Assembly (NCBI GenBank): GCA_025362355.1 | Contig: JANYGT010000122.1 | Coordinates: forward strand, 1-58,018 | DNA: 58,018 nucleotides | Origin: Lacisediminihabitans sp. | Lineage (GTDB): Bacteria > Actinomycetota > Actinomycetes > Actinomycetales > Microbacteriaceae | Direction: 5' to 3' | Shown: piece after piece, positions 38,365-48,282 of the stretch | Layout: every line of letters begins with the position of its first letter | Position numbering within the stretch: position 1 is the first letter of the stretch | Notes under the pieces: generated by a model | Told to the model about the DNA's origin: nothing | The model's input: the letters and a program-made list of their open reading frames with translations, nothing else | Databases searched by the model: none | Program-made: the position numbers and the translations under genes

Positions 38365-41253
38365 GTGACCGGGGTTCCGGGGGCCGTGCGGCGTCTCTCG
38401 CGGGATCGCAGCCGACTGATCGCGGTCGTGCTGTTGGCGGTCGTCGCGCTGTCGGCATCCGGGATCCAGAGCGCGGCGGCAGTCGTTCTGCAACGCACAC
38501 TGGATGCGAACTGGCGCGGCGCGTACGACATCCTCGTGACGGCGAAGGGTGCGAAGGTGGGCGTCGGTGGACTGCTCGCGCCGAACTCGCTCGGCGATGG
38601 CGCGAATGGGATGACGCTGAAGCAGCTGGCGAAGGTGCGGCAGGTTCCCGGGATCGATGTGGCGGCGCCTATTGGGGAGGTGATCTCGCCGCTGAAGTAC
38701 GACGCGCCGAACGTGACACTCCCTGTGAGTTTGGTGACGGCGTCTCGCGTGCCCCAGGCGTATCGCATTACTGTCAAGTACACGACCAACGATGGAATAT
38801 CGACGCGCGTAGTACTGGCCAAATCGAGCTACGTCATCATTGATGGGCTTCCGGCCTCCCCGCCGCCCGCTTCGACTTCGGACTGCAACGTCGACGGATT
38901 CGATGTCGATCAGCAGAAGTATCCGCTTCTCTGTCAGAGTTTCATTCACTCGGACTACTCCCAGGTCACAGTCGCCAACGAAGCATTGAACGGGTGGGGC
39001 TCAGGCGGAAACACAAGCGACGAGAACGTTGCCGAGAACGGCGTCATCCGATTCCACCCGTCGACGGAATCTCAACCGACCGGACTCACCCGCGTAACGC
39101 TCGTGGATCCCGCAGCCGAGAAGAAACTGCTTGGCAAAGCCGGTGCGTTCCTGACATCGTTGGATCAGCTCCACCCGGGTTTGTCGACCTCGAGATCTGT
39201 CATGGATAAGTGGGCCAAAGCTTCCAGGACCGCATTTGCGACGGACTACCTCGCGCAACAGGCCGCATTCGGCTCGCTAGAGAGGCAAAGCTCGGCACAA
39301 GACGCCAGCAACGCAGAACTCTTGGCTTTCGACAAAGAGCACAACGTGCAGCAAGGCCCCGAGGTGGACAAGTCCGCCTATGTTCCTCTGCTGATCTCGC
39401 ACTCGGCGGCGGCGAAGCTCACCTACACGATCGAAGCGAAAAGCATTGGAGCTGCACCGAGAGTGGCTCGACAGGACGGCGGATCGCTCGCCTTTCCTTA
39501 CGCAGTGCCCACGACCTCGCCGGGGGTCGATATCGGAAGCAGCGCGGTGGATGCCAGCGCCATTCTGAATCCGTTCGACCGGACGCCGGTGGAACTCCCG
39601 TGGCCGGGAACGGCGCGAGCCCCGACGGACGCTGCGAAGTCATTCGCGAGTCTCGGAATCGGGGCCGCAGGCGAGATCTCTCCGTCGAAAACGGTTGTGA
39701 CCCCCTCTAACGGCGGGGTCACAATGGCCACTCTCGGCGCGACCGGATACGCTCCACCGGTCGCTCTGCAAGATGGCGAACAGATAGATCCATTTCGACT
39801 GGTAGCCGATGGAACTCAGCTCGGCACTGAGGCGGCGTACACGACCGTCACGAACATCCCCCAGAAACGTAACAGCGCAGGTGAGACCGCCGTCCCCGTC
39901 GGCTCCTTCTCGACCGATCAGCTCGCCGACCTTCAGTCCGCCCTCAGTTACGTGCCTCTCGGCGCGTACCAACCCATCGGATCCTTCACAGATAGGGGCG
40001 TGAAGCTGCAACCGAGCGTGAGCGGCCTCGGGCTTGTCAGTCCGCAGACGGTGGCGATCGCATCCATCAACAGCGCTGCCGCGTGGGGCCAGACGTCACC
40101 GGTGAGTGCCATCCGGGTTCGCGTCGCGGACATCAGTTCGTACTCGCCTCAGTCGCAGCAGAAGGTGATCGCGGTCGCACAGGCGATCCAGAAGCTGGGG
40201 CTGACGGCGACGATCGTCGCCGGATCCTCTCCCACCGCCGTGAAGCTTGCCGTCGACGGCTATGCCTTCGGGGTGACGGATGCAAGCAAGCTGCAAAGAG
40301 TGGGCCCCCTCGGCACGGTCACCCAGCAGTGGTCGGAGCTCGGCGCGGCCGCGCGGGCGGATGTCGCCGTCTCCACAGCATCCCTCTCCGTGCTCGGCAT
40401 CGCTCTCGGGTCGACGGCGCTCCTGCTCGGCGCGGTGCAGTTCGCGTCGGTACCGCGACGACGCGGACAGGCCGCCGTGATGCGGGAGATCGGTTGGACG
40501 CGCGGGCGCATCCGCCGATGGATGTTCGCCGAGGAAGTGCCCGGCGCCGTCGTCGTACTGCTGGCCGGACTCGCCGCGGTTCTGCTTTCCGGGATGCAGC
40601 AGGTGTCGATCACGATCGCCGCAGCCGGTGTCGCCGTCGTGGTGCTGACGTCGGTGGCCGCGGTGGTTCTCGGATCGCGGGGGCGGGCACGCGTCATCCG
40701 CTCCGGGCAGTCCGGCGGACGTCGGATGCTGCGCATCCGCGGCCGCTCCACCGTCACGTTCGGGCTGCGGCAGGTCCGCATCCACCTGCTCACCTCGGTC
40801 ACGCAGGTCATCGCGGTGCTCATTGTCGCCCTCGCTGCCGCTGGGCTCGCTGAGGTATTTCTCGAGGGGCGCCGGCAGGCCGGGGCGAGCCTGCTCGCGC
40901 AGTTCACCACGGGCCAGGCCGCACTCTTCCAGCTGGTGCTCGGGGCTGTCGCGCTGGCATCCGGGATCATCCTTGCGGTGCTCGCCCGCCGGGTCGACCT
41001 CGCGCGGCGCTCACCGCAGTGGGCCGCGTTGCGGGCGATGGGCTGGACCGCGGCCGACCTGCGAAGCGCCCAGCGCACGGAGGCGGCGACCGTCGCCGTC
41101 CCCGCGATCGTTCTCGCGACGGCGGCCACATTCGGGGGCGCGCACCTGCTCGGCACGGTGGCTCTCGTGCCACTGGTGATCATCGGTGGAGCGGCCGCTG
41201 TCGTGGCGTCCGTCACCCTCCTGTTCGTGCGACGGAAGGCGACAGCGCTATGA
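38365..41253 (+). CDS. Large MacB/FtsX-like ABC permease with ~600-aa extracytoplasmic domain
   Basis: N-terminal TM, WRGAYDILV, VPGIDVAAPIG, two FtsX-type motifs (AVMREIGWT, AALRAMGWT), multiple C-terminal TMs. Confidence 0.82.
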   Translation: MTGVPGAVRRLSRDRSRLIAVVLLAVVALSASGIQSAAAVVLQRTLDANWRGAYDILVTAKGAKVGVGGLLAPNSLGDGANGMTLKQLAKVRQVPGIDVAAPIGEVISPLKYDAPNVTLPVSLVTASRVPQAYRITVKYTTNDGISTRVVLAKSSYVIIDGLPASPPPASTSDCNVDGFDVDQQKYPLLCQSFIHSDYSQVTVANEALNGWGSGGNTSDENVAENGVIRFHPSTESQPTGLTRVTLVDPAAEKKLLGKAGAFLTSLDQLHPGLSTSRSVMDKWAKASRTAFATDYLAQQAAFGSLERQSSAQDASNAELLAFDKEHNVQQGPEVDKSAYVPLLISHSAAAKLTYTIEAKSIGAAPRVARQDGGSLAFPYAVPTTSPGVDIGSSAVDASAILNPFDRTPVELPWPGTARAPTDAAKSFASLGIGAAGEISPSKTVVTPSNGGVTMATLGATGYAPPVALQDGEQIDPFRLVADGTQLGTEAAYTTVTNIPQKRNSAGETAVPVGSFSTDQLADLQSALSYVPLGAYQPIGSFTDRGVKLQPSVSGLGLVSPQTVAIASINSAAAWGQTSPVSAIRVRVADISSYSPQSQQKVIAVAQAIQKLGLTATIVAGSSPTAVKLAVDGYAFGVTDASKLQRVGPLGTVTQQWSELGAAARADVAVSTASLSVLGIALGSTALLLGAVQFASVPRRRGQAAVMREIGWTRGRIRRWMFAEEVPGAVVVLLAGLAAVLLSGMQQVSITIAAAGVAVVVLTSVAAVVLGSRGRARVIRSGQSGGRRMLRIRGRSTVTFGLRQVRIHLLTSVTQVIAVLIVALAAAGLAEVFLEGRRQAGASLLAQFTTGQAALFQLVLGAVALASGIILAVLARRVDLARRSPQWAALRAMGWTAADLRSAQRTEAATVAVPAIVLATAATFGGAHLLGTVALVPLVIIGGAAAVVASVTLLFVRRKATAL

Positions 41254-41945
41254 CCCTCGAGACCCCTCTCGTCGATTCGGAGCCCCGGAACGATGCCGCG
41301 GCCCTCGAATTGCGGGCCGTCACGATCCACTACGAGCGGGCCGGCCAGGAGCCGCTCGCCATCGTCGACGACTACGACCTCACCCTGTACGCCGGGCAGA
41401 TGCACTGCCTCGCCGGGCGGAGCGGGTCTGGCAAGACCAGCATCCTGCGCGTAGCGGCAGGACTCGTGCAGCCGACAGCCGGCGACGTCATCTGGGGCGG
41501 GACATCCCTCACCGGTGCGAAGGACGACGAGGTCACCACCCGCCGCCGCGAAACCGTCGGCTACCTCGACCAGGGCGGGGTGCTCGTTCCCGGCCTCACT
41601 GCGCTCGAGAACGTGCTCCTGCCGGCGGTGCCGTCGCGCCGGTCGAAGGCGCTGGTGCAGCGCGGATCTGAACTGCTCGAACGCCTCGGTGTGGCAGATC
41701 GCGCCGGGAGCTACCCGGAGAAACTCAGCGGCGGGGAGCGCCAGCGGGTCGCACTCGCCCGTGCGCTGCTGCTCGGGCCGGCCATCGTGATGGCGGATGA
41801 GCCGACCGCGAGCCTCGATCGTGCAAGCGCGGACTCCGTCATCCGGATGCTGCGCGCCCTCGCCGACGACGGCATCGTGGTGCTCGTGGCCGCCCACGAC
41901 CAGCACCTCATCGATGCTGCCGACTCGCGAACCACGCTGGCCTGA
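41250..41945 (+). CDS. ABC transporter ATP-binding protein (LolD/MacB-like)
   Basis: GRSGSGKT, LSGGERQRVALARA, ADEPTASLD, AHD. ATGA overlap with the permease. Confidence 0.9.
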   Translation: MTLETPLVDSEPRNDAAALELRAVTIHYERAGQEPLAIVDDYDLTLYAGQMHCLAGRSGSGKTSILRVAAGLVQPTAGDVIWGGTSLTGAKDDEVTTRRRETVGYLDQGGVLVPGLTALENVLLPAVPSRRSKALVQRGSELLERLGVADRAGSYPEKLSGGERQRVALARALLLGPAIVMADEPTASLDRASADSVIRMLRALADDGIVVLVAAHDQHLIDAADSRTTLA

Positions 41946-42043
41946 GCTTCGCGAAAACCCGCACCCCGCGCGCGACAGCCACGGGAGCGGCTAGACTTGA
42001 GGGCTGCCCGGAGTCGCCGGGCGCAGCATCCATGGAGTGAATC

Positions 42044-42520
42044 GTGCCGAAGGAACGTGGCCAGAAGGTTGTGGCCACCAATCGCAAAGCGCGTCACGAC
42101 TACACGATCGAAGACACTTTTGAGGCCGGACTGGTTCTGACCGGCACCGAGGTGAAGTCGTTGCGTGAGGGTCGGGCGTCCCTTGTCGACGGTTACGCGT
42201 TCGTCGAGTACGGCGAGGCGTGGCTCGATGCCGTGCACATTCCGGAGTACAACCAGGGCACCTGGAACAATCATCCGCCTCGGCGCAAGCGCAAGCTGCT
42301 GCTGCACAAGGCGCAGATCCTCAAGATCCACAACAAGGTGAAGGAGGGCGGCTACACGATCGTGCCGCTCTCGATCTACTTCCTCGACGGGCGCGCGAAA
42401 GTCGAGATCGCGGTCGCCAAGGGCAAGCGCGAGTACGACAAGCGGCAGACCCTGCGCGAGCGGCAGGACAAGATGGAAGCCAACCGCGCGATGGGAACTC
42501 AGCGCAACCTCGGCGACTGA
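42044..42520 (+). CDS. smpB: SsrA-binding protein
   Basis: [31 protein letters not shown]. Confidence 0.98.
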   Translation: MPKERGQKVVATNRKARHDYTIEDTFEAGLVLTGTEVKSLREGRASLVDGYAFVEYGEAWLDAVHIPEYNQGTWNNHPPRRKRKLLLHKAQILKIHNKVKEGGYTIVPLSIYFLDGRAKVEIAVAKGKREYDKRQTLRERQDKMEANRAMGTQRNLGD

Positions 42521-42734
42521 GCGCGCGACGACGTCGAACGTTGGGACACTGCGTGGACTTTGGCGGCGATGTAGCGGCCGCAACGTCACCGCAACTCCAC
42601 ATTGATCACGAAATCAGGACGGGAATGGGCGGATGCCGCATCCTGTTCTATAGTGGAGGGCTGCCGGCGGAAACGTGAGGCAGGGTGACAACCAGTGTTT
42701 TGGCAACTCAACAGTGCGCGAGAACGACTCGCAT

Positions 42735-43130
42735 GGGGATGATCGGTTTCGACATTGCCTGCGTGAATGTGAGAAGCGGGTCGAGGATGCAGGGTTAACT
42801 CGTTAACGATCTCTGCAAACAATAGGTGCGAAATCAAATAGCACTGTCTCTGCCAAGGCAGACTTCGCCCTCGCGGCGTAAGTCTCTCCTCAGCAACTTA
42901 TAGAGACCGTCAGTCCGGGAATGCCCTCTACCCGGATCCTGGCGCAATTTAGAGGGATTGCTTCGGTATTACGCCCTAGGGTGCCGAGGGACTTCAACTA
43001 GGACTGGGCTCGTCGGTTTAGGTGCAAGTGGCACATTCCGGAGCCGAGTAGAACGCTTTCACTTGCTACACCCGTAGAAGGCATATGACCACAGCAGTGG
43101 ACGGGGGTTCAATTCCCCCCATCTCCACCA
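42735..43130 (+). ncRNA. ssrA: tmRNA, tag ORF 42828-42881 AKSNSTVSAKADFALAA*
   Basis: 5' GGGGATGATCGGTTTCGAC, 3' GGGTTCAATTCCCCCCATCTCCACCA, tag ends FALAA, downstream of smpB. Confidence 0.96.
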
Positions 43131-43149
43131 TCGTCGTTCTCGCGCACTG

Positions 43150-43200
43150 CTCAACGAAAAGGGCCCGAAGTCACGACGACTTCGGGCCCTTTTCGTTGAG
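43150..43200. terminator. Bidirectional intrinsic terminator between ssrA and fdhA
   Basis: Perfect 23-bp IR CTCAACGAAAAGGGCCCGAAGTC / GACTTCGGGCCCTTTTCGTTGAG with a 5-nt loop and A/T tracts on both sides. Confidence 0.9.
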
Positions 43201-43203
43201 GGA

Positions 43204-44418
43204 CTATTTGCCGTCGAGGTAGCCGTTCGGGTTGAGAACGTACTTCGTCGCGGCGCCGGCGTCGAATTCCGCGTAGCCGCGCGGGGCATCCTCGAGCGAG
43301 ATCGCCTTCGCGTTCACGTTCTTCGCGATGTGAACGCGATCGTGCAGGATCGCCATCATCAGGCCGCGGTTGTACTTCATGACCGGGCACTGGCCGGTCG
43401 TGAAGGAGAGCGACTTCGCCCATCCGGTTCCGAGGCTGAGCGAGAGTGAGCCCTTCTTCGCGGATTCGTCGACCCCGCCGGGGTCGCCGGTCACGTAGAG
43501 TCCGGGGATTCCCATCGCGCCACCGGCCGCGGTGATGTCCATCAGCGAGTTGAGCACCGTCGCCGGAGCTTCCTCGCCGCCATGATGTCCCTTGGCCTCG
43601 AACCCGACGGCATCGACGCCGCAGTCGACCTCCGGCACGCCGAGGATCTGCTCGATTTGGTCGGCGATCTCACCGGAGGAGAGGTCGATCGTCTCGCATC
43701 CGAAGCTCCGTGCCTGGGCGAGCCGATCGGCATTCATGTCGCCGACGATCACGGCGGCAGCGCCGAGCAGCATCGCGGATGTCGCTGCCGCGAGCCCGAC
43801 GGGACCGGCGCCGGCCACATAGACGGTCGAACCGACCCCGACCCCCGCCGTCACCGCACCGTGGAACCCGGTCGGGAAGATGTCGGACAGCATGGTGAGA
43901 TCCATGATCTTGTCGAGAGCCTGTTCGCGATCGGGGAAGACGAGCAGGTTCCAGTCCGCGTACGGCACGAGCACGTATTCGGCCTGCCCGCCGACCCAGC
44001 CGCCCATGTCGACGTAACCGTAGGCGCTGCCGGGGCGATCCGGGTTCACGTTGAGGCAGATGCCGGTCTTGCGCTCCTTGCAGTTGCGGCAGCGTCCGCA
44101 GGAGATGTTGAACGGCACGGAGACGATGTCGCCGACCTTCACGAACTCGACGCCCGGCCCGACCTCGACGACCTCGCCGGTGATCTCGTGTCCGAGCACG
44201 AGGTTCGCCGGAGCGGTGGTGCGACCGCGCACCATGTGCTGGTCAGACCCGCAGATGTTGGTGGCGACGGTGCGGATGATGGCGCCGTGGGGAACAGTCC
44301 GACCGACATTGGCCGGGTTGACCCCCGGCCCATCCTTCAGCTCGAACTCCGGGTAGTCGGTGTCGATGACCTCGACTTTTCCCGGCTCCTTGTAGGCGAC
44401 AGCTCTGTTTCCTGACAT
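43204..44418 (-). CDS. fdhA: Glutathione-independent formaldehyde dehydrogenase
   Basis: TNICGSDQHMVRGRT, LGHEITG, CGRCRNC, MLSDIFPTG, GIPGLYVTGDPG, TGQCPVMKY. Confidence 0.93.
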   Translation of the reverse strand: MSGNRAVAYKEPGKVEVIDTDYPEFELKDGPGVNPANVGRTVPHGAIIRTVATNICGSDQHMVRGRTTAPANLVLGHEITGEVVEVGPGVEFVKVGDIVSVPFNISCGRCRNCKERKTGICLNVNPDRPGSAYGYVDMGGWVGGQAEYVLVPYADWNLLVFPDREQALDKIMDLTMLSDIFPTGFHGAVTAGVGVGSTVYVAGAGPVGLAAATSAMLLGAAAVIVGDMNADRLAQARSFGCETIDLSSGEIADQIEQILGVPEVDCGVDAVGFEAKGHHGGEEAPATVLNSLMDITAAGGAMGIPGLYVTGDPGGVDESAKKGSLSLSLGTGWAKSLSFTTGQCPVMKYNRGLMMAILHDRVHIAKNVNAKAISLEDAPRGYAEFDAGAATKYVLNPNGYLDGK

Positions 44419-44535
44419 CAGAATCCCTTGCGATCAGTCGACCCTCATCGTTGGGGGTCGGATGATCGCGATGGTAGACGGATGCACCGGTTTGTCTACC
44501 GGCTGCAGCAAATGCTCAGACAGGTACGTGCCGAG

Positions 44536-45048
44536 TTACCGGTTGCTGCCCTTCAACGTTCCCGTCGAGCGAACCGGGTTGCCCGAGGAGTTGCCATCTG
44601 ACACAAGACAGGTGATGGTATCCGTTCGCCCGTCCCAGGAGTCTTCTGCCGGAAGATACTCGGAAATCAGCAGCGTTGATTTCTCGGGAGCAACGCCGAC
44701 GAAGCGAGTGAATGCCGCCGAGCATCCGGAGTTCGCGGCTTTCTCGACCACAGACTTGCCCGGATAGTCCGTCTGTTCCATCGGAATGCTCTCGAAGATC
44801 TCGCTGTCACGAGCGACCGAACAGGCCACCTTCTTCACCCTCGTGAACTCCCCGGAAAGTGTGCGGTCATCCACGCAGGTGCCGATGGCCATGTTGTCGC
44901 TTCCGATGTCGCCACTCTGGTTGCCATCGGAGTGCGAGCCGAGCGAGCCTTTCGAGCTACCGATTTCGCTGGAGGGCGCGGAGCATCCGGCCAGCGCAAC
45001 GACGATGAGGAGTGCCGGCAGTGATGCGGTAAGCGATCGGGTTCGCAC
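44536..45048 (-). CDS. Lipoprotein with septum-formation-family Cys domain
   Basis: Lipobox LAGC, IGTCVD, VACSVARDSE, PAEDSWDGRTDTITC. Confidence 0.78.
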   Translation of the reverse strand: MRTRSLTASLPALLIVVALAGCSAPSSEIGSSKGSLGSHSDGNQSGDIGSDNMAIGTCVDDRTLSGEFTRVKKVACSVARDSEIFESIPMEQTDYPGKSVVEKAANSGCSAAFTRFVGVAPEKSTLLISEYLPAEDSWDGRTDTITCLVSDGNSSGNPVRSTGTLKGSNR

Positions 45049-45075
45049 GACGCGCTCTTTCCGGGAATGTGTGCG

Positions 45076-45444
45076 CTAGGCGAAAACGCGGAACCCAAGT
45101 GCCTTGTTCACCGGCGTGAGCAGTGCGAGCAGCGGACCGAGCAGGCGAAGCAGGTACACGAGCACCGTGACGTGCCCGAATCCGAAGGCCGCGAAGAGCA
45201 CGATACCGATGATGCCGACGATGGCCGAGGTACGGAGGCCCCGCATGGTCTGGATGAATGGTGCCGCGAGGCCGAGACAGGCGAAGATGATTCCGATGTC
45301 GGCCATGAATCCGCGGCCCTCGGGCGTCGGAAGGAGGTGCGTGCACGACCAGAGCGTGATCCCGATGCCCCAGAAGAGGATGAAGAGGAGACCGGCCAGC
45401 GGCTTCGGGACCGGAACTTCACGTGCCTCGTCGGCGATCGTCAT
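45076..45444 (-). CDS. Small hypothetical membrane protein (about 4 TM)
   Basis: GGAGAG upstream of ATG 45444, hydrophobic 122 aa. Confidence 0.68.
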   Translation of the reverse strand: MTIADEAREVPVPKPLAGLLFILFWGIGITLWSCTHLLPTPEGRGFMADIGIIFACLGLAAPFIQTMRGLRTSAIVGIIGIVLFAAFGFGHVTVLVYLLRLLGPLLALLTPVNKALGFRVFA

Positions 45445-45576
45445 GCGTGCTCTCCCGGTTGCGCGAGTGGGTTGCCAGTGGTGCCTTGACAAAATCTTAC
45501 CCGCCGCAGGGATCCCGATTCGCATCGGTCGCGCGGCGCCGCGCGTAACATGCCGTCTATTTTTCGGCGCTACCGT

Positions 45577-48255
45577 ATGACCGTGACGACGATCGATGAC
45601 ACCCGAGAGCATTCACCCGATGGCAGCCGCAAGTCTGTCAGCGACGAGGTCGACGAGGCAGCACGCGCCGACATCCGCGTGCTGGGGGCGCTGCTCGGCC
45701 GCGTACTGACGGAGGCCGGCGGGGCCGAACTGCTCGAGGACGTCGAGCGACTTCGTGCCCTCGCGATCGATGCGTTCGAGAGCCGCAAAAGCGAATCGAT
45801 CGCGGATGCCGAGGCTCTCGTCGAGTCGTTCAGTGCGAAGCGCGCCGAGCAGGTCGCCCGCGCCTTCACCTGTTACTTCCACCTCTCGAACCTTGCCGAG
45901 GAGCACCACCGCGTGCGCGTGCTGCGCGAGCGGGAGCTGCGGTCGACCGGGGTGCTTCCCGTCGACTCTCTTCCGGGCGCGATCAGCCGACTCATCGAGG
46001 AGGTCGGCAGCGAGGAGACGGGGCGGCGCCTGCAGAAGCTGCGGTTCCATCCGGTGTTGACGGCGCATCCGACCGAGGCTCGACGGCGGGCGGTCGCCTC
46101 CGGCATCCGACGAATCAGCGAACTGCTCGGCGAGCGTGACCTCGCGGCTGCCGGAACGACCTCCGGTGCGGAGATAGAACGTCGTCTGCTCGAGGAGATC
46201 GACGTGCTCTGGCGCACCTCCCCGCTGCGGACGACCCGCCCGACGCCGCTCGACGAGGTGCGGACGGCGATGAACATCTTCGACCAGACGCTGTTCGAGG
46301 TCGTTCCGCGGGTCTATCGACTGCTCGACGACTGGCTGCTGGCGGCGGATGCCGGCGCGAAGCCCGCAGAGGCCCCCGCCTTCATGAGACTCGGCAGCTG
46401 GATCGCCGCCGACCGCGACGGCAACCCTTTCGTCACGGCGAAGATCACGAGGGCCGCGGCGGCCATCGCCTCTGAGCACGTGCTGCTCGGGCTCGAGCGC
46501 GCGGCCGGGCGGGTCGGACGGACGCTCACCCTCGATTCCGTCGACACACCGCCCGATGCAGCGCTGCGCGCTCTCTGGCAGAGCCAGCAGAGTCTCGCCG
46601 AAGATCTGGCCGGCGAGGTCGCGACCCGTTCGCCCGAGGAGCCGCATCGGCGGGTGCTGCTCGTCGTCGCCGAGCGGATCGCCGCGACGCGTAGACGGGA
46701 TGCCGACCTCGCGTATGCGAAACCGGAGGAGTTGCTGGCGGATCTCCGAGTCATCCAATCGTCCCTCCGAGCGGCCGGGGCCTCCCGCAGCGCGAACGGC
46801 GAGCTGCAGAACCTGATCTGGCAGGTTCAGACCTTCGGGTTCCATCTCGCGGAGCTCGAGGTGCGGCAGCATTCGAAGGTGCACCGCCAGGCGCTCGAGG
46901 AGGTTCGGGCCGGCGGCCCGCAGGGCGAGATGACCCGCGAGGTGCTTGATGTCTATCGCACGATCAAGCACCTCCAGCAGCGGTACGGGGTGAATGCCGC
47001 CCGCCGATACATCGTGTCGTTCACGCAGTCCTCGGTGGATATCGCGACGGTGTACGAGCTCGCGGAGGCCGCGCTCGGGTCCGCGGAGGCCGCGCCGGTA
47101 CTCGACGCCATCCCGCTGTTCGAGACGTTCGCAGACCTGTCGAATGCCACGACGATCCTCGACGAGATGCTTCAGCTCGAGCCGGTCAAGGTCAGACTGG
47201 CAGCGACCGGGCGAAAGCTCGAGGTCATGCTCGGATACTCCGACTCGTCGAAGGATGTCGGCCCGGTCTCGGCCACCCTCGCGCTCTACGACGCCCAGCG
47301 GCGCATCGCGGAGTGGGCCGAGCGCAACGGGATCGAGCTGACGCTGTTCCACGGCCGCGGGGGAGCCCTCGGGCGCGGCGGCGGTCCGGCCAACGAGGCC
47401 GTTCTCGCGCAGCCCCGCGGGTCCGTCGAGGGCCGCTTCAAGCTGACCGAGCAGGGCGAGGTGATCTTCGCGCAGTATGCAGACCGAGCGATCGCCGCCC
47501 GGCATATCGAGCAGATGGCGGCGGCGACCCTTCTCGCGTCGAGCCCGGCGAACGAAGAGGCCAATCGTGTCGCGACGGCCGACTTCGCAAAGATGGCCGC
47601 CGTCATGGACGAGTCGTCCCGCGCCCGGTTCTTCCAGCTGATCAAGGCGGAGGGCTTCGCGAAGTGGTTCGCACGGGTGACCCCGCTCGAGGAGGTCGGC
47701 CTGCTCGCACTCGGATCCCGCCCGGCCCGTCGCGGGCTCTCGGTCGAGTCGCTCGAAGACATGCGCGCCATCCCGTGGGTGTTCGCCTGGACCCAGGCGC
47801 GAATAAACCTCACCGGCTGGTTCGGCCTCGGGTCGGCGCTCGCCGCAGTCGCAGACGAGACGAAGCTGCGGGATGCCTACGCGCGCTGGCCGCTCTTCAC
47901 CGCGATGGTCGACAACGTCGAGATGTCTCTCGCGAAGACGGATGACCGGCTCGCCGATCGCTACCTCGCCCTCGGAGACCGACCCGACCTCGCGGCGCTC
48001 GTGCTCGACGAGATGGCGCTCACCCGGCATTGGGTGACGCTGACGACCGGCCATGCGGAGCTTCTCGAGACGCGGCCGGTGCTTCGCCGGGCGGTGCGAC
48101 TCCGGAGCCCGTATGTCGACGCACTCTCGCTGCTGCAGCTGAGGGCGCTTCGTGAGGTGCGTTCATCCGCGAGCACCGATCCGCTCGACGATTCGCATCA
48201 GCTTCTGCTGCTCGCAGTGAACGGGGTGGCCGCCGGACTTCAGAACACCGGCTAG
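45577..48255 (+). CDS. ppc: Phosphoenolpyruvate carboxylase
   Basis: VLTAHPTE, DRDGNP, VMLGYSDSSKD, FHGRGGALGRGG, RAIPWVFAW, GLQNTG. Confidence 0.98.
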   Translation: MTVTTIDDTREHSPDGSRKSVSDEVDEAARADIRVLGALLGRVLTEAGGAELLEDVERLRALAIDAFESRKSESIADAEALVESFSAKRAEQVARAFTCYFHLSNLAEEHHRVRVLRERELRSTGVLPVDSLPGAISRLIEEVGSEETGRRLQKLRFHPVLTAHPTEARRRAVASGIRRISELLGERDLAAAGTTSGAEIERRLLEEIDVLWRTSPLRTTRPTPLDEVRTAMNIFDQTLFEVVPRVYRLLDDWLLAADAGAKPAEAPAFMRLGSWIAADRDGNPFVTAKITRAAAAIASEHVLLGLERAAGRVGRTLTLDSVDTPPDAALRALWQSQQSLAEDLAGEVATRSPEEPHRRVLLVVAERIAATRRRDADLAYAKPEELLADLRVIQSSLRAAGASRSANGELQNLIWQVQTFGFHLAELEVRQHSKVHRQALEEVRAGGPQGEMTREVLDVYRTIKHLQQRYGVNAARRYIVSFTQSSVDIATVYELAEAALGSAEAAPVLDAIPLFETFADLSNATTILDEMLQLEPVKVRLAATGRKLEVMLGYSDSSKDVGPVSATLALYDAQRRIAEWAERNGIELTLFHGRGGALGRGGGPANEAVLAQPRGSVEGRFKLTEQGEVIFAQYADRAIAARHIEQMAAATLLASSPANEEANRVATADFAKMAAVMDESSRARFFQLIKAEGFAKWFARVTPLEEVGLLALGSRPARRGLSVESLEDMRAIPWVFAWTQARINLTGWFGLGSALAAVADETKLRDAYARWPLFTAMVDNVEMSLAKTDDRLADRYLALGDRPDLAALVLDEMALTRHWVTLTTGHAELLETRPVLRRAVRLRSPYVDALSLLQLRALREVRSSASTDPLDDSHQLLLLAVNGVAAGLQNTG

Positions 48256-48282
48256 CTCCGGGATGCGACTATCGTCGAAAGC

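Noticed and set aside
42828-42881. Long 17-codon tmRNA tag as a novelty
   Set aside because: It ends in the standard FALAA, and tag length varies among actinobacteria.
43131-45500. Prophage or integrative element at the ssrA 3' end
   Set aside because: No integrase, phage genes or duplicated ssrA 3' end was found.
45613-48054. 813-aa antisense ORF opposite ppc, and similar long antisense ORFs (5701-7251, 10801-12132, 40260-41906, 50497-51855)
   Set aside because: Expected shadow ORFs of GC-rich codon usage, with no recognisable motifs.
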